A stretch of 64,000 nucleotides of DNA. It comes from an uncultured Acidobacteriota bacterium (GTDB taxonomy: Bacteria; Acidobacteriota; Thermoanaerobaculia; UBA5066). Below are positions 19,709 through 35,675 of this stretch, in pieces (within the stretch, counting starts at the first letter, position 1; each line of letters begins with the position of its first letter). The position numbers and the translations under genes are program-made. The notes beneath the pieces were generated by a model. That model was not told where the DNA came from. It did no database searches and saw only the letters and a list, made by a program, of their open reading frames with translations. Location of the stretch: assembly GCA_963779415.1 (NCBI GenBank), contig CAVZYA010000003.1, positions 96,001 to 160,000 of the forward strand, read 5' to 3'.

Positions 19709-22700
19709 CTAGACTTCGTCGTCCAGCTCCGCCGCGATGACGGGAGTCTCGTCGTCGAAGAAGATCTCCTCGGCCTCCTCGGGCAGGGCGGGAAGCTCCT
19801 CGCGCTCGAGGACGATGTTGCGGTAGTAGTCCATGCCGGTGCCGGCCGGGATGAGCCGCCCGACGATGACGTTCTCCTTCAGCCCGCGGAGAGTGTCGAG
19901 CCGTCCCGCGATCGAGGCCTCCGTCAGGACGCGCGTCGTCTCCTGGAACGAGGCCGCGGAGACCCACGAGTCGGTCGAGAGCGACGCCTTGGTGATGCCG
20001 AGGAGGAGCGGCCGCCCCTGCGCCGCGCGGCCGCCGGCCGCCACGATCCGCTCGTTCTCCTCGTTGAACCGGAAGCGGTCCACCTGCTCGTCCACGAGGA
20101 ACTCGGTGTCGCCCACCTCCTCGATCCGGACGCTCCGCATCATCTGGCGGACGATGACCTCGATGTGCTTGTCGTTGATGCCGACTCCCTGCGAGCGGTA
20201 GACCTCCTGGATCTTGTCGGTCATGTACCGCTGCAGCTCCTTCTCGCCCTTGACGGCGAGGATGTCGTGCGGCGAAGGATCGCCCTCGGTCAGCGGGTCG
20301 CCCGCCTCCACGTGCTCGCCGTCCTGCACCATGACGTGCGCGGCGCGCGGGATCAGGACCTCGCGCTTCTGCCCGTCCTCGGACTCGACGATGAGCTTCT
20401 GCTGCCCCTTGACCGATCCGCCGTGCTGGACGACGCCGGAGATCTCCGTGATGACGGCCGGCTCCTTCGGACGCCGGGCCTCGAACAGCTCGACGACGCG
20501 CGGAAGGCCGCCGACGATGTCGCGGGTCCGCTTCTTCTCGACCGGCTTCTTCGCGAGCGCGTCGCCCGGGTTGACCGAGTCGCCCTCGGCGCCCATCAGG
20601 TGCGAGGGGATCGGGAGCGGGTACTTCTTCTCGGCCCCGTCCTTGCCGGTCACGACGATCATCGGGGCGCGCTTCTCGGAGGTCCCCGTCGTCTCGACGA
20701 CGATCTTCTGCGTGAGGCCCGTGACCTTGTCGGTCTCCTCGCGCAGGTTCTCCCCCTCGACGATGTCCTTGTACGAGATGACGCCGGCGATCTCGGAGAG
20801 AATCGGCGAGGCGAACGGGTCCCACGTCACGAGGAGCTGGCCCGGCTTGACCTCGTCTCCGTCCTGGATCCGGAGGACGGAGCCGTATGCGAGCGAGTAG
20901 CGCTCCTTCTCGCGCCCCTTGGCGTCGAGGACGACGAGCTTCCCGTTCCGGTTGACGACGACCTCGGCCCCGTCCTTCTTCCGGACGGTCGTGTGGCTGA
21001 GGAGCCTGGCGATGCCGGGGTTCTTCGCGAGGTGGCGGGCCGACTCGGAGACGCGGGCCGTGCCGCCGTAGTGGAACGTCCGCATCGTGAGCTGGGTGCC
21101 CGGCTCGCCGATCGACTGGGCGGCGATGACGCCGACAGCTTCGCCGATGTCGACGAGCTCGCCCGTCGCGAGGTTCCGGCCGTAGCACTTCTGGCAGACG
21201 CCGCGCCGCGTCTCGCAGGTGAGGACCGAGCGGATCTTGACCCGCTCGATGCCCGCCTCCTGGATCTGGCCGGCGATCTCCTCCGTGATGGTCTCGTTCG
21301 CGGCGACGATCTCCTCGTCCGAGGCCGGGTCCACGACGTCGTCCTGCACGATCCGGCCGACGATCCGGTCGCGCAGGGACTCGAGGATCTCGCCCCCTTC
21401 CACGATCGCCGAGACGACGATGCCGTCGATCGTCCCGCAGTCCGGCTCCGTGATGATGACGTCCTGCGCGACGTCGACGAGACGGCGCGTGAGGTAGCCG
21501 GAGTCGGCCGTCTTCAGCGCCGTGTCGGCGAGGCCCTTGCGGGCGCCGTGCGTCGAGATGAAGTACTCGAGGACGGTGAGCCCCTCGCGGAAGTTCGAGA
21601 TGATGGGCTGCTCCATGACCTCGCCGGACGGCTTGGACATGGGGCCGCGCATGCCGGCCAGCTGCCGGACCTGCTCCTTCGAGCCCCGGGCGCCCGAGTC
21701 GGCCATCATGAAGATCGGGTTGAACTCGTGCCCCCCCTTCCCGTCGGAGGTCTTCATCTCCTTGAACATCTCTTCGGAGACGGCTTCGGTGGCGCGGTGC
21801 CAGATGTCGATGATCTTGTTGTGGCGCTCGCCGTCCGTGATGGCCCCCTGCTGGCGCTGCGTCTCGACCTCGAGGACGTCCTTCCGCGACTTGGCGACGA
21901 TGTCCGCCTTCTTCCCGGGGATCCGCATGTCCTCGACGCCGATGGAGATTCCGGCGCTCGTCGCGGCCGCAAAGCCCAGCTTCTTGACGATGTCGAGGAT
22001 CTCGACCGTCCGCGGAAGCCCGAGATTCACGAAGCAGTAGTTGACGAGGTCCTGGAGCCCCTTCTTCTTGAGCGTCCCGTTCAGGAACGGAAGATCCGGC
22101 GGCAGGGCGGCGGACATGAGCACCCGCCCGACGGTCGTCTCGATCCGCGTGTTCACGCAGTCGATCGGGTCCGTATGCACGATGTCCTGGTCGTTGAGGA
22201 CCTGGCTCTCGAGGTCGACGAGCCGTCCCGTGAAGCGGACGGAGATGCCGGCGTGCGTGTCGACCTCGCCCGCGTCGTGGGCGAGTGCGACCTCGTCGAA
22301 GCTTCCGAAGACGCGCCCTTCGCCCTTGCAGCCGTCCTTGCGGCGGGTCAGGTAGTAGAGACCGAGGACGAGGTCCTGCGACGGCACCGCGAGCGGCTTT
22401 CCGTGCGCCGGCGAGAGGATGTTGTGGGCCGAGAGCATCAGAACCTGCGCCTCGACCTGCGCTTTCGGCGAGAGCGGGACGTGGACGGCCATCTGGTCGC
22501 CGTCGAAGTCCGCATTGAACGCCGCGCAGACGAGCGGGTGGATCTTGATCGCCTTCCCTTCGATGAGGACCGGCTCGAAGGCCTGGATGCCGAGGCGGTG
22601 GAGCGTCGGCGCGCGGTTCAGGAGGACCGGGTGCTCCTTGATGACCTCCTCGAGCGCGTCCCACACCTCGTTCGGCGCCTGCTCGACGAGCTCCTTCGAC

Positions 22701-23932
22701 GCCTTGATCGTCGTCGTGAGCCCCTTCTGCTCGAGCCGGTGGTAGATGAACGGCTTGAAGAGCTCGAGGGCCATCTTCTTCGGGAGGCCGCACTGGTGGA
22801 GCTTCAGCTCCGGCCCGACGACGATGACCGACCGGCCCGAGTAGTCGACGCGCTTGCCGAGGAGGTTCTGCCGGAAGCGGCCCGATTTCCCCTTGAGCGT
22901 GTCGGAGAGGGACTTCAGCGGGCGGTTGTTCGAGCCCTTCAGGACGCGGCCGCGGCGGCCGTTGTCGAAGAGGGCGTCGACCGCCTCCTGGAGCATCCGC
23001 TTCTCGTTCCGGACGATGACCTCCGGGGCGCGCAACTCGAGGAGCTTCTTCAGCCGGTTGTTCCGGTTGATGACGCGCCGGTAGAGGTCGTTCAGGTCGG
23101 AGGTCGCGAACCGGCCGCCGTCGAGGGGAACGAGCGGGCGGAGCTCCGGCGGGATGACCGGAATGACGTTCAGGATCATCCACTCGGGGCGGTGGCCCGA
23201 GCGGCGGAACGCGTCGACGACCTTCAGGCGCTTGGCGGCCTTGAGCCGTTTCAGCGCCGAGGTCTCCGTCTTCATGACGAGGCGAAGCTCTTCCGCGAGG
23301 TCGTCGACGTTGACCCGCTGGAGCAGCTCCTGGATCGCCTCGGCGCCCATCTTCGCGACGAACGTGTCGACGCCGTGCTTGGCCTTCAGCTCGCGGTACC
23401 GCTCCTCGGTGACGAGGCTCTTCTCCTGGAGGTTCTCCTCCTCGGCGAGCGGGCCCGGGTCGATGACCACGTACTGCTCGAAGTAGAGGATCCGCTCGAG
23501 GTCGCGCAGCGTCAGGTCGAGGAGGTGGCCGATCCGGGACGGAAGCCCCTTGAAGAACCAGACGTGGGAGACCGGCGCGGCCAGCTCGATGTGCCCCATC
23601 CGCTCGCGGCGGACCTTGGACTTCGTCACCTCGACGCCGCACTTGTCGCAGACGACGCCGCGGTGCTTCATCCGCTTGTACTTGCCGCAGAGGCATTCCC
23701 AGTCGGTGATCGGGCCGAAGATCTTGGCGCAGAAGAGGCCGTCGCGCTCCGGCTTGAAGGTCCGGTAGTTGATCGTCTCCGGCTTCGTCACCTCGCCGAA
23801 GGACCAGGAGCGGATCTTCTCGGGGCTGGCCAGGGCGATCTTGATCGCGTTGAAGTCACGGGGGCCCGGCGAGCGGAAGGGGGACGGGGATCCGCCCGGG
23901 GCGTACGCGGAGGACGGGTTGAACGTGTCCAT
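19709..23932 (-). CDS. rpoC: DNA-directed RNA polymerase beta' subunit
   Basis: [12 protein letters not shown] active site, ECLCGKYK zinc finger, TQLTMRTFH trigger loop. Confidence 0.99.
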   Translation of the reverse strand: MDTFNPSSAYAPGGSPSPFRSPGPRDFNAIKIALASPEKIRSWSFGEVTKPETINYRTFKPERDGLFCAKIFGPITDWECLCGKYKRMKHRGVVCDKCGVEVTKSKVRRERMGHIELAAPVSHVWFFKGLPSRIGHLLDLTLRDLERILYFEQYVVIDPGPLAEEENLQEKSLVTEERYRELKAKHGVDTFVAKMGAEAIQELLQRVNVDDLAEELRLVMKTETSALKRLKAAKRLKVVDAFRRSGHRPEWMILNVIPVIPPELRPLVPLDGGRFATSDLNDLYRRVINRNNRLKKLLELRAPEVIVRNEKRMLQEAVDALFDNGRRGRVLKGSNNRPLKSLSDTLKGKSGRFRQNLLGKRVDYSGRSVIVVGPELKLHQCGLPKKMALELFKPFIYHRLEQKGLTTTIKASKELVEQAPNEVWDALEEVIKEHPVLLNRAPTLHRLGIQAFEPVLIEGKAIKIHPLVCAAFNADFDGDQMAVHVPLSPKAQVEAQVLMLSAHNILSPAHGKPLAVPSQDLVLGLYYLTRRKDGCKGEGRVFGSFDEVALAHDAGEVDTHAGISVRFTGRLVDLESQVLNDQDIVHTDPIDCVNTRIETTVGRVLMSAALPPDLPFLNGTLKKKGLQDLVNYCFVNLGLPRTVEILDIVKKLGFAAATSAGISIGVEDMRIPGKKADIVAKSRKDVLEVETQRQQGAITDGERHNKIIDIWHRATEAVSEEMFKEMKTSDGKGGHEFNPIFMMADSGARGSKEQVRQLAGMRGPMSKPSGEVMEQPIISNFREGLTVLEYFISTHGARKGLADTALKTADSGYLTRRLVDVAQDVIITEPDCGTIDGIVVSAIVEGGEILESLRDRIVGRIVQDDVVDPASDEEIVAANETITEEIAGQIQEAGIERVKIRSVLTCETRRGVCQKCYGRNLATGELVDIGEAVGVIAAQSIGEPGTQLTMRTFHYGGTARVSESARHLAKNPGIARLLSHTTVRKKDGAEVVVNRNGKLVVLDAKGREKERYSLAYGSVLRIQDGDEVKPGQLLVTWDPFASPILSEIAGVISYKDIVEGENLREETDKVTGLTQKIVVETTGTSEKRAPMIVVTGKDGAEKKYPLPIPSHLMGAEGDSVNPGDALAKKPVEKKRTRDIVGGLPRVVELFEARRPKEPAVITEISGVVQHGGSVKGQQKLIVESEDGQKREVLIPRAAHVMVQDGEHVEAGDPLTEGDPSPHDILAVKGEKELQRYMTDKIQEVYRSQGVGINDKHIEVIVRQMMRSVRIEEVGDTEFLVDEQVDRFRFNEENERIVAAGGRAAQGRPLLLGITKASLSTDSWVSAASFQETTRVLTEASIAGRLDTLRGLKENVIVGRLIPAGTGMDYYRNIVLEREELPALPEEAEEIFFDDETPVIAAELDDEV

Positions 23933-23947
23933 CGTTTTCGTCTCTCC

Positions 23948-28222
<4,275 letters not shown>

Positions 28223-28306
28223 CTAGTTAGGTCCTTGCTGCCGCCGGCGTCTCGACGTCGAGTGCCGGTGGCGGTATCAAGCGAGCCGGAGCGTGACTGT
28301 TCATGG

Positions 28307-28362
28307 TCGGGGGGTGCGAGGCTCTTCCCCTCAACGGGTTTCGCCGGGTTCGCACCCCCCGA
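28307..28362. promoter_or_regulatory. Strong stem-loop in the rplL-rpoB spacer (possible attenuator or RNase III site)
   Basis: 13-bp perfect inverted repeat TCGGGGGGTGCGA / TCGCACCCCCCGA. Confidence 0.5.
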
Positions 28363-28432
28363 GCCCCCCTGACCCTCTCTCGATGAATCGCGGGGATGGC
28401 GAAAAGACGCCGATTCACCCAGCTGCAATGCC

Positions 28433-28813
<381 letters not shown>

Positions 28814-28840
28814 GGTTCTCTTCTCCTGCTTCTTCGGGCC

Positions 28841-29365
28841 TTAGGCCGTCTGTTCTTTTTGCTTGGCGACCGCCGCGAGCGTCGCGGCGACGTTCCGGTG
28901 CGGGGCGGCGAGGACGGTGACGAGGCGCCGGATCGGAGACTGCATCAGGCCGAGCAGCTTCGCGACCAGCTCCGGGCGCGAGGGAAGGGTCGCGAGCGTC
29001 TCGAGCGAGGAGGCAGGGACCGCCTTCCCGTCGAGAAGGGCGGCCTTCACCTTCACGTGCGGGTTCGTCTTGCCGAACGTATGGAGCACTTTCGCGAGGG
29101 CGACGACGTCGGTCTGGCTGTAGGCGATGGCCGTCATCCCGGTGAAGTGCGAGGCGAGGGCCTCGAGCGGCTTGCCCTTGATGGCGCGCCGCGCGAGGGT
29201 GTTCTTGACGACGAGGTACTCCGACTTCGTGCTGCGGATCTGGCGGCGGAGGTCCGTGACGGCGGGCACCGTGATGCCCGTGTAGTCGATGAGGAAGGCG
29301 TGGGGAGCCTTCGCCATCGTTCCGGCGAGCTCTTCGATCGCCGCGGTCTTCCCGGCGCGATTCAT
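28841..29365 (-). CDS. rplJ: 50S ribosomal protein L10
   Basis: [41 protein letters not shown]. Confidence 0.97.
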   Translation of the reverse strand: MNRAGKTAAIEELAGTMAKAPHAFLIDYTGITVPAVTDLRRQIRSTKSEYLVVKNTLARRAIKGKPLEALASHFTGMTAIAYSQTDVVALAKVLHTFGKTNPHVKVKAALLDGKAVPASSLETLATLPSRPELVAKLLGLMQSPIRRLVTVLAAPHRNVAATLAAVAKQKEQTA

Positions 29366-30072
29366 GCGCTCCTCCCGATCGTCTTTTCGACCACGGACGG
29401 ATCGACAGGGACGCCAGGGCCCATCGTCGAGGAGAGCGTCACGGACTTGACGTACTTCCCCTTGGCGGTCGACGGCTTGGCGCGCTGCACGGCGGCCAGG
29501 AGCGCCTCCGTGTTCTCGACGAGCTGCGCCTCCGCGAAGGAGACCTTTCCGACCGGGACGTGGATGATGGCGGTCTTGTCGACGCGAAACTCGATCTTTC
29601 CCGCCTTCAGCTCCTTGACGGCTTTCCCGATGTCGAAGGTCACGGTCCCCGCCTTCGGGTTCGGCATCAGGCCGCGAGGCCCGAGGATCTTCCCGAGCCG
29701 CCCGAGCGACTTCATCATGTCGGGCGTGGCCACGAGCGCCTCGAAGTCGAGATAGCCCCCCGTGATCTTCTGGACGAGGTCGTCCCCGCCGACGACGTCG
29801 GCTCCGGCCGCTTCGGCTTCCTTGATCTTCTCGCCGGACGCGACGACCGCCACGCGGGTGGTCTTGCCGAGGCCGTGCGGCAGCACGACCGTGCCGCGCA
29901 CCATCTGGTCCGCGTGCTTCGGGTCGACCCCGAGCCGCAGCGCCACCTCGACGGTTTCGTTGAACTTGGCGTACGCCCCGGACTTCACGAGCGCGACGGC
30001 CTGCGGCACGTCGTAGAGCTTCGTGTGGTCCACCTTGGCGGCCGCCGCGGTGAATTTCTTCCCCTGATTCAT
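29362..30072 (-). CDS. rplA: 50S ribosomal protein L1
   Basis: ATG 30072; [41 protein letters not shown]. Confidence 0.98.
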   Translation of the reverse strand: MNQGKKFTAAAAKVDHTKLYDVPQAVALVKSGAYAKFNETVEVALRLGVDPKHADQMVRGTVVLPHGLGKTTRVAVVASGEKIKEAEAAGADVVGGDDLVQKITGGYLDFEALVATPDMMKSLGRLGKILGPRGLMPNPKAGTVTFDIGKAVKELKAGKIEFRVDKTAIIHVPVGKVSFAEAQLVENTEALLAAVQRAKPSTAKGKYVKSVTLSSTMGPGVPVDPSVVEKTIGRSA

Positions 30073-30208
30073 CGTGTGCTCACTCCCAGGATCCCGTCCT
30101 CCCCGGATCCGGCGGCGAGAAGCCCCGGCGGCATCGCCGGGCACCTCCGGTCCCGCGCCGTGGAGAGGGTCCCTGGCGCGGGAGGCGGGCTTCCTGTTGA
30201 AAAGGCCG

Positions 30209-30631
30209 TCAGACGACTTCGATTCCCATGGACCGGGCCGTTCCCTCCACCGTCTTGATCGCGGCGGCTAGGTCCGGCGTGTTGAGGTCGACCATCTTCA
30301 GCTTCGCAATCTCCTCGACCTGCTTCTTCGTCACCTTCCCCACCTTGTTCTTGTTGGGGACTCCCGAGCCCTTCTCCAGCTTCGCCGCCTTCTTGAGGAG
30401 GACCGAGGCCGGAGGGGTCTTCGTGATGAAGGAGTAGGAACGGTCCGAGTAGACCGTCACGATCACCGGGATGATGAGCCCCTGCTCCTTCGCCGTTCTC
30501 GCGTTGAAGGCCTTGCAGAAGTCCATGATGTTGACCCCCTGCGGGCCGAGGGCGGTGCCCACCGGCGGCGCGGGCGTCGCCTGCCCGGCGGGGATCTGGA
30601 GCTTCACGTACGCCGTGACTTTCTTTGCCAT
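30209..30631 (-). CDS. rplK: 50S ribosomal protein L11
   Basis: [27 protein letters not shown]. Confidence 0.99.
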   Translation of the reverse strand: MAKKVTAYVKLQIPAGQATPAPPVGTALGPQGVNIMDFCKAFNARTAKEQGLIIPVIVTVYSDRSYSFITKTPPASVLLKKAAKLEKGSGVPNKNKVGKVTKKQVEEIAKLKMVDLNTPDLAAAIKTVEGTARSMGIEVV

Positions 30632-30730
30632 GCCTGACTCGCTCTCTCTTTTCCCTGTGACCTTCTCGCTTCAGGACCCGATGAATTTCTTCTCAGAAAG
30701 AAAACCCGAAAAACAGAAATGCCAACGCTT

Positions 30731-31321
30731 TCACAGTTTCTGTACTTGCACGAACTCGAGCTCGACCGGCGTCGGCCGGCCGAAGATGGTGACGAGGATG
30801 CGGAGGGTGGAGCGCTCGAGGTTGATGTCCTCGACGCTTCCGGTGAACTCCTTGAACGGGCCGTCGATGATCTTGACCTGCTCGCCCCGCTCGTAGACGT
30901 ACTTCGGCTTCGGCTTCTCGCGCGACTCGGCCGAGTGGTGGAGGATGGCGTTCACCTCGTCCTGTGTGAGCGGGACGGGCGCCTTCGAGGAGCCCCCGAC
31001 GAAACCCGTCACCTTCGGTGTGTTCCGGACGAGGTGCCACGTCTCGTCCGACATCTCCATCTGGACGAGGACGTAGCCGGGGAAGAACTTCCGCTCGACG
31101 TTCTTCCGCTTGCCGCTCCGCATCTCGACGACCGTCTCCTTCGGCACGCGGATCTCGCCGAAGTGGACTTCCATGCCGAGGGCCTTGATCCGGTTCGTCA
31201 GCTCGTGGACGACACGGTCCTCGAAGCCCGAGTAGGTGTGGACGATGTACCAGTCCATCGCCGGCGCGCCCGCTTCGGGGGCGCCCGCGTCGGGCGCGAG
31301 GGAAGCCGGGGTTTCGCTCAC
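30731..31321 (-). CDS. nusG: Transcription termination/antitermination factor NusG
   Basis: GTG 31321; WYIVHTYSGFE, FFPGYVLV, KOW IIDGPF...IFGRPTPVELEF. Confidence 0.97.
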   Translation of the reverse strand: MSETPASLAPDAGAPEAGAPAMDWYIVHTYSGFEDRVVHELTNRIKALGMEVHFGEIRVPKETVVEMRSGKRKNVERKFFPGYVLVQMEMSDETWHLVRNTPKVTGFVGGSSKAPVPLTQDEVNAILHHSAESREKPKPKYVYERGEQVKIIDGPFKEFTGSVEDINLERSTLRILVTIFGRPTPVELEFVQVQKL

Positions 31322-31353
31322 GGTCTCTCCGTCTCTCTCCACTCCGGCTTTTC

Positions 31354-31566
31354 TCAGCTGCCGAACGTGGTGAAGAGCTTGTTGACGAGCGGCGTGATCG
31401 CCGCGTCGATGAGGAAGAGGAAAACGCCGACGATGGCCGTGTAGACGAGGACGACCGTCGTCGTGCCGACGACCTCGTCCTTTCCGGGCCACGTCACCTT
31501 CGCCGACTCTTTCCTCACGTCGGAGAGGAACTCGCGAAAGCTCGCCCACTTCTGAGTCAGGTTCAT
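31354..31566 (-). CDS. secE: Preprotein translocase subunit SecE
   Basis: ESAKVTWPGKDEV plus TM helix; between tRNA-Trp and nusG. Confidence 0.95.
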   Translation of the reverse strand: MNLTQKWASFREFLSDVRKESAKVTWPGKDEVVGTTTVVLVYTAIVGVFLFLIDAAITPLVNKLFTTFGS

Positions 31567-31602
31567 GTCGCGTCTCTTCCGAAGCGCCGTCCGCGCTCAA
31601 TC

Positions 31603-31679
<77 letters not shown>

Positions 31680-31692
31680 GTGACGGGCGACC

Positions 31693-31848
31693 TCAGACCT
31701 TTCCTTCCTTGTGCGGCGTGTGCTTGCGGCAGGCCGCGCAAAACTTCGAGATCTCGAGCTTCTCCTGGTGCGTCTTCTTGTTCTTCGTCGACGTATAGTT
31801 CCGGCGCTTGCACTCGCTGCAGATCAGGCTGATCAGTTCCCTCGGCAT
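31693..31848 (-). CDS. rpmG: 50S ribosomal protein L33 (Zn-binding form)
   Basis: Manual translation [51 protein letters not shown] (51 aa, absent from the ORF track). Confidence 0.97.
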   Translation of the reverse strand: MPRELISLICSECKRRNYTSTKNKKTHQEKLEISKFCAACRKHTPHKEGKV

Positions 31849-31884
31849 GTCGTGCGACCTTTCGTTCGGCTTCCTTCGGCAGCC

Positions 31885-31959
31885 TGGAGCGGGAGACGGG
31901 ATTCGAACCCGCGACCAACAGCTTGGAAGGCTGTGACTCTACCCCTGAGTTACTCCCGC
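31885..31959 (-). tRNA. tRNA-Gly (TCC)
   Basis: GCGGGAG acceptor, CTTCCAA loop, GTTCGAATC, CCA. Confidence 0.96.
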
Positions 31960-31973
31960 AAAATTTCGTTGGC

Positions 31974-32049
31974 TGGAGCCCACGAGCAGAATTGAACTGC
32001 TGACCCCGTCCTTACCAAGGACGTGCTCTACCGACTGAGCTACGTGGGC
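31974..32049 (-). tRNA. tRNA-Thr (GGT)
   Basis: GCCCACG acceptor, TTGGTAA loop, CCA. Confidence 0.96.
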
Positions 32050-32069
32050 GCCCGTCGAGTCGTCGGTCA

Positions 32070-32157
32070 TGGTGGGCAGAGAGGGATTCGAACCCCCGTA
32101 GCACGTCAGTGCGGCAGATTTACAGTCTGCTGCCATTAACCACTCGGCCATCTGCCC
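32070..32157 (-). tRNA. tRNA-Tyr (GTA)
   Basis: GGGCAGA acceptor, CTGTAAA loop, long variable arm, CCA. Confidence 0.96.
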
Positions 32158-32231
32158 GTCCCTCGCATTCATCCGAATCCGTCCCTGTCGAGCACCGGCT
32201 CCGTGCCCACCATCCCCTCCAGAGTCCGCCG

Positions 32232-32307
32232 TGGAGCTGGCGATGGGACTTGAACCCGCAACCTGCCGATTACAAATCGGCTGCTCTACCCGTTGAGCTA
32301 CGCCAGC
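32232..32307 (-). tRNA. tRNA-Thr (TGT)
   Basis: GCTGGCG acceptor, TTTGTAA loop, CCA. Confidence 0.96.
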
Positions 32308-32403
32308 GCTTCCTTTCCCGTGCCACGGTGGCGAGAGCTTCGCCGGGACGGTCTGATCACTGGAAACCGGCCCGGCATCGCACGCCCGACGGGCGCGAAA
32401 CGC

Positions 32404-32435
32404 AGTTTTTATCACCCGGCGGCTGGGCGGGTCAA
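32404..32435 (-). promoter_or_regulatory. Probable sigma70 promoter for the tRNA cluster
   Basis: TTGACC ... TGATAAAAACT on the minus strand just past the rlmB stop. Confidence 0.5.
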
Positions 32436-32436
32436 G

Positions 32437-33168
32437 CTATTTTCGTGCCTCGGGATAGCCGAGCCTCCGCCGAAGGACCTCGTAGAGGAGCACCCCCGCG
32501 GCGACTGAGACGTTAAGCGAACCGGAACCTCCCTCCATCGGGATCGAAACGAGGCGGTCGCACGATTCCCGTGTGAGCCGCCGAAGTCCCTCGCCTTCCG
32601 ACCCGAGGCAGAGGAGGACGTCCCCGGAAAGATCTGTCTCCCAAAGGCTTGTACCCGAAGAGTCGGCCCCGAAAACCCAGAAGCCGGCCTCCTTGGCGCG
32701 CTTGAGGAACTGCGAGGCGTTCCCGGCCCGGCCGACCCGGACCCGCTCGAGCGCCCCCGCCGAGGCCTTCGCGACCGCCTCGCCGAGGCCCGCGGAATGT
32801 CGTTCCGAAAGGACGACGGATGCGTTTGCCGCGGCTGCCGTCCGGAGAATCGCCCCGACGTTTCCCGGATCCGTGACCTGGTCGAGGAAAACGACGCACC
32901 GGCTCCCCTCGGCCCCCCCGAGGCAGGAGGCTTCGTCGTCGTAGTCGCGCGAGGCGACCCGCGCCGCGACGCCGTTGTGGGCCTTTCCCGCCAGCCGGTC
33001 CAGCTCCTCGCGTGGAACCGGGCGGACCGGCACGCCGGCTGTGCGCGCGAGCGCCTCGATCTCGGCCGCGCGCGCATCCCCTCGTCCGCGGAGGACGAAG
33101 AGCGCCTCGATCGCCTTCGGCCTCCGTTCGAGAGCCTCCCGCACCGGATGGAACCCGGCGACGATCAC
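32437..33168 (-). CDS. rlmB: 23S rRNA (G2251) 2'-O-methyltransferase, TrmH/SpoU family
   Basis: GTG 33168; GFHPVREAL, LDQVTDPGNVGAILRTA, LGSEGEGLR, SLNVSVAAGVLLYE. Confidence 0.92.
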   Translation of the reverse strand: MIVAGFHPVREALERRPKAIEALFVLRGRGDARAAEIEALARTAGVPVRPVPREELDRLAGKAHNGVAARVASRDYDDEASCLGGAEGSRCVVFLDQVTDPGNVGAILRTAAAANASVVLSERHSAGLGEAVAKASAGALERVRVGRAGNASQFLKRAKEAGFWVFGADSSGTSLWETDLSGDVLLCLGSEGEGLRRLTRESCDRLVSIPMEGGSGSLNVSVAAGVLLYEVLRRRLGYPEARK

Positions 33169-33641
33169 TCCGGGATCTCGACGAGGACGACGGCTTCCGC
33201 GGCGACACCGGCGCCGCGGCCGAAGTCGGTCAGGCCGTTGCCGGAGGAGGCCTTCACCGAGATGCGCGACGGATCGACCCCGAGGAGGGCGGCGATCCTC
33301 CCGCGCATCGCGTCCCGGTGCGGGCCGATCTGCGGCCGCGCCGCGAGGACCGTCACGTCGACGTTCACGACTCGCGGTCGGCCCGTCCGCTCGCGCACCT
33401 CGGCGACGAGGCGCGACGAGGGAACGTCCTTCCATTCGGGACGCGCCGTCCCGAAGACGCTCCCGAGGTCTCCCGCGGCCGAGGCGCCGAGGAGCGCATC
33501 CGCGAGCGCGTGGAGAACGACGTCGCCGTCCGAGTGCCCTTCGGGCCCGACGTCCGACGGGATCTCGGTGCCCCCGAGGACGCAGCGGCGCCCCGGCACG
33601 AGCGGATGGGCGTCGAAGCCATGACCGATCCGAAGGCTCAA
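33165..33641 (-). CDS. ispF: 2-C-methyl-D-erythritol 2,4-cyclodiphosphate synthase
   Basis: RIGHGFDAH, GHSDGDVVLHALADALLGA, NVDVTV. Confidence 0.95.
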   Translation of the reverse strand: MSLRIGHGFDAHPLVPGRRCVLGGTEIPSDVGPEGHSDGDVVLHALADALLGASAAGDLGSVFGTARPEWKDVPSSRLVAEVRERTGRPRVVNVDVTVLAARPQIGPHRDAMRGRIAALLGVDPSRISVKASSGNGLTDFGRGAGVAAEAVVLVEIPE

Positions 33642-33643
33642 GG

Positions 33644-34336
33644 TCAGCCGCCGGCGTGGGCGAGAAATGCCTCCGCCCACGCGAGGTCCTCGGGATAGGT
33701 GATCTTCAGGTTCCAGCGGGAAGTCAGGACGACGGCGACGGCCCCGCCGACCCCCTCGACGAGCTGGGCGTCGTCCGTCACGTCCACGGCCGGAGATTTC
33801 GCGTACGCCTTCCGGAGGAGCCCGGCGCGGAAAACCTGCGGCGTCGTGACCGAGACGAGATCGTGCCTCGGGACCGTCTCGACGACGTTTCCGTTCTTCG
33901 TCCGTTTCACCGTGTTCACCATCGCGAAGCCCGCGATCGCGGCGCCCCGCTCGGCGGCGGCGTCGACGACGGCCGCCACCTCCGCCGGATCGACGAGGGG
34001 CCGCGCCGCGTCGTGGACGAGGACGAGGTCCCCGTCGGCCGCCCCCGAGGCCTCGAGGGCGCTCGCCACGGAGTCCCGCCGTGACATGCCCCCTTCGACG
34101 AGGCGCCACGCGAGCGGTGCCTTCGCGAGCGCCGCCCGGAACGCCTCCTCGTAGCCCGGCGTGAAGGCCACCACGACCCCGCTCACGCGGTCCGATGCGT
34201 GGAGACGCTCGAGCGCGTGGAGGAGGAGCGGCTTTCCGGCGAGCAGGACGAGCGCCTTGGGCCCGTCGTCGTGGAAGCGGGTCCCCAGCCCCGCGGCCGG
34301 AACGAGGGCCACTCCCCGGACGGGGGCCGCGCTCAC
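33644..34336 (-). CDS. ispD: 2-C-methyl-D-erythritol 4-phosphate cytidylyltransferase
   Basis: PAAGLGTRF, VLVHDAARP, TPQVF, NLKITYPEDL. Confidence 0.95.
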   Translation of the reverse strand: MSAAPVRGVALVPAAGLGTRFHDDGPKALVLLAGKPLLLHALERLHASDRVSGVVVAFTPGYEEAFRAALAKAPLAWRLVEGGMSRRDSVASALEASGAADGDLVLVHDAARPLVDPAEVAAVVDAAAERGAAIAGFAMVNTVKRTKNGNVVETVPRHDLVSVTTPQVFRAGLLRKAYAKSPAVDVTDDAQLVEGVGGAVAVVLTSRWNLKITYPEDLAWAEAFLAHAGG

Positions 34337-34343
34337 GTCCGGC

Positions 34344-34904
34344 TCATCGGGCGAGGATCTCGGTCTCTTTCGCCTTGAGAACGGAGTCGATCTCGGCGAT
34401 CGACCGGTCCGTCGCCTTCTGGACCTCGTCGAGGGACCGCTTTTCGTCGTCCGCCGAGACCGCCGAGGCCTTCGCTTCCTTCTTGATCTTCTCGTTCGCT
34501 TCGTGACGGTGGTGCCGCATCTCGACCCGGGACTGCTCGGCGAGGACGTGGGCCTTCTTGACGATCTCCTTGCGGCGCTCCTCCGTCGGCGGCGGGACCG
34601 GAATCCGGACCACCTTCCCGTCGGAGGAGGGATTGAGCCCGAGGTCGCTCTTCCGGATCGCCTTCTCGATCGCCGGACAGAGGTTCGGCTCGTAAGGCTG
34701 CGCCATGAGGAGGGTCGCGTCCGGGGCCATCAGCGTCGCGACCTGGTTCAGGGGCGTCGCCGTGCCGTAGTACTCGACGAGGATCCCGTCGAGGAGCGCG
34801 ATCGACGCGCGGCCCGTCCGAAGGTGCTTGAACTCGGTCTTGAGCGCTTCGATCGACGTATGCATCCGGCGCTCGGCTTCCTTCCGAATCTCCGTGAGGG
34901 GCAT
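34344..34904 (-). CDS. frr: Ribosome recycling factor
   Basis: ATG 34904; LRTGRAS, SDLGLNP, PPPTEERRKE. Confidence 0.96.
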   Translation of the reverse strand: MPLTEIRKEAERRMHTSIEALKTEFKHLRTGRASIALLDGILVEYYGTATPLNQVATLMAPDATLLMAQPYEPNLCPAIEKAIRKSDLGLNPSSDGKVVRIPVPPPTEERRKEIVKKAHVLAEQSRVEMRHHRHEANEKIKKEAKASAVSADDEKRSLDEVQKATDRSIAEIDSVLKAKETEILAR

Positions 34905-34938
34905 GGACTGACGACCTCCTTGTCCTGAAGTTCCCGCC

Positions 34939-35673
34939 TCAGGCCGAGGCGGTGCCGGAGTCCACGACGCTGCCGACTCTCTCGCCGAGGACGACGCGGC
35001 GGATGTTGCCGGGAACGAGGAGATTGAAGACGCGAATCGGCATCCGGTTGTCGCGGCAGAGGGCCACCGAGGCGGCATCCATCACGGCGAGCCGCTTCTC
35101 GAGGACCTCCTGATAGGTGACGTGAGGCAGGAGCTTCGCTCCGGGGTCGACGACCGGGTCGGCGGTGTAGATGCCGTCCACCCGCGTCGCCTTCAGGATC
35201 GCCTCGGCACGGATCTCGTTGGCGCGAAGAGCGGCCGCCGAGTCGGTGGTGAAAAACGGGTTCCCCGTCCCGCCGGCGAAGATGACGCAACGCTTCTTTT
35301 CGAGGTGCCGGATGGCGCGGCGCCGGATGAAGGGCTCGGCCACGGCCCGAACCTCGAATGCCGTCATGACGCGGGTATAGATCTTCTCCTTCTCCATCGC
35401 GTCCTGAAGGGCGAGGGCGTTGATGACCGTCGCGAGCATTCCCATCGAGTCGCCGGTGATCCGGTCGATCCCCTGGTCCGCGGCGGAGACGCCGCGGATG
35501 ATGTTCCCGCCGCCGATGACGACGGCGACCTCCACGCCGAGCCGGCAGACCTCCGCCACCTCGCTGGCGAGGCGCGCCACCATCGCCGGCTCGATCCCGA
35601 AAGGCTGGCTTCCGAGCAGGGCCTCTCCGGAGAGCTTGAGAAGGATCCGGCGATAGTGCGGCGCGTCCGCCAT
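34939..35673 (-). CDS. pyrH: UMP kinase
   Basis: ATG 35673; [36 protein letters not shown]. Confidence 0.97.
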   Translation of the reverse strand: MADAPHYRRILLKLSGEALLGSQPFGIEPAMVARLASEVAEVCRLGVEVAVVIGGGNIIRGVSAADQGIDRITGDSMGMLATVINALALQDAMEKEKIYTRVMTAFEVRAVAEPFIRRRAIRHLEKKRCVIFAGGTGNPFFTTDSAAALRANEIRAEAILKATRVDGIYTADPVVDPGAKLLPHVTYQEVLEKRLAVMDAASVALCRDNRMPIRVFNLLVPGNIRRVVLGERVGSVVDSGTASA

Positions 35674-35675
35674 GG

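Noticed and set aside
21635-21655. RpoC GMRGPM instead of the usual GMRGLM
   Set aside because: A single substitution in an error-prone assembly; cannot be supported without reads
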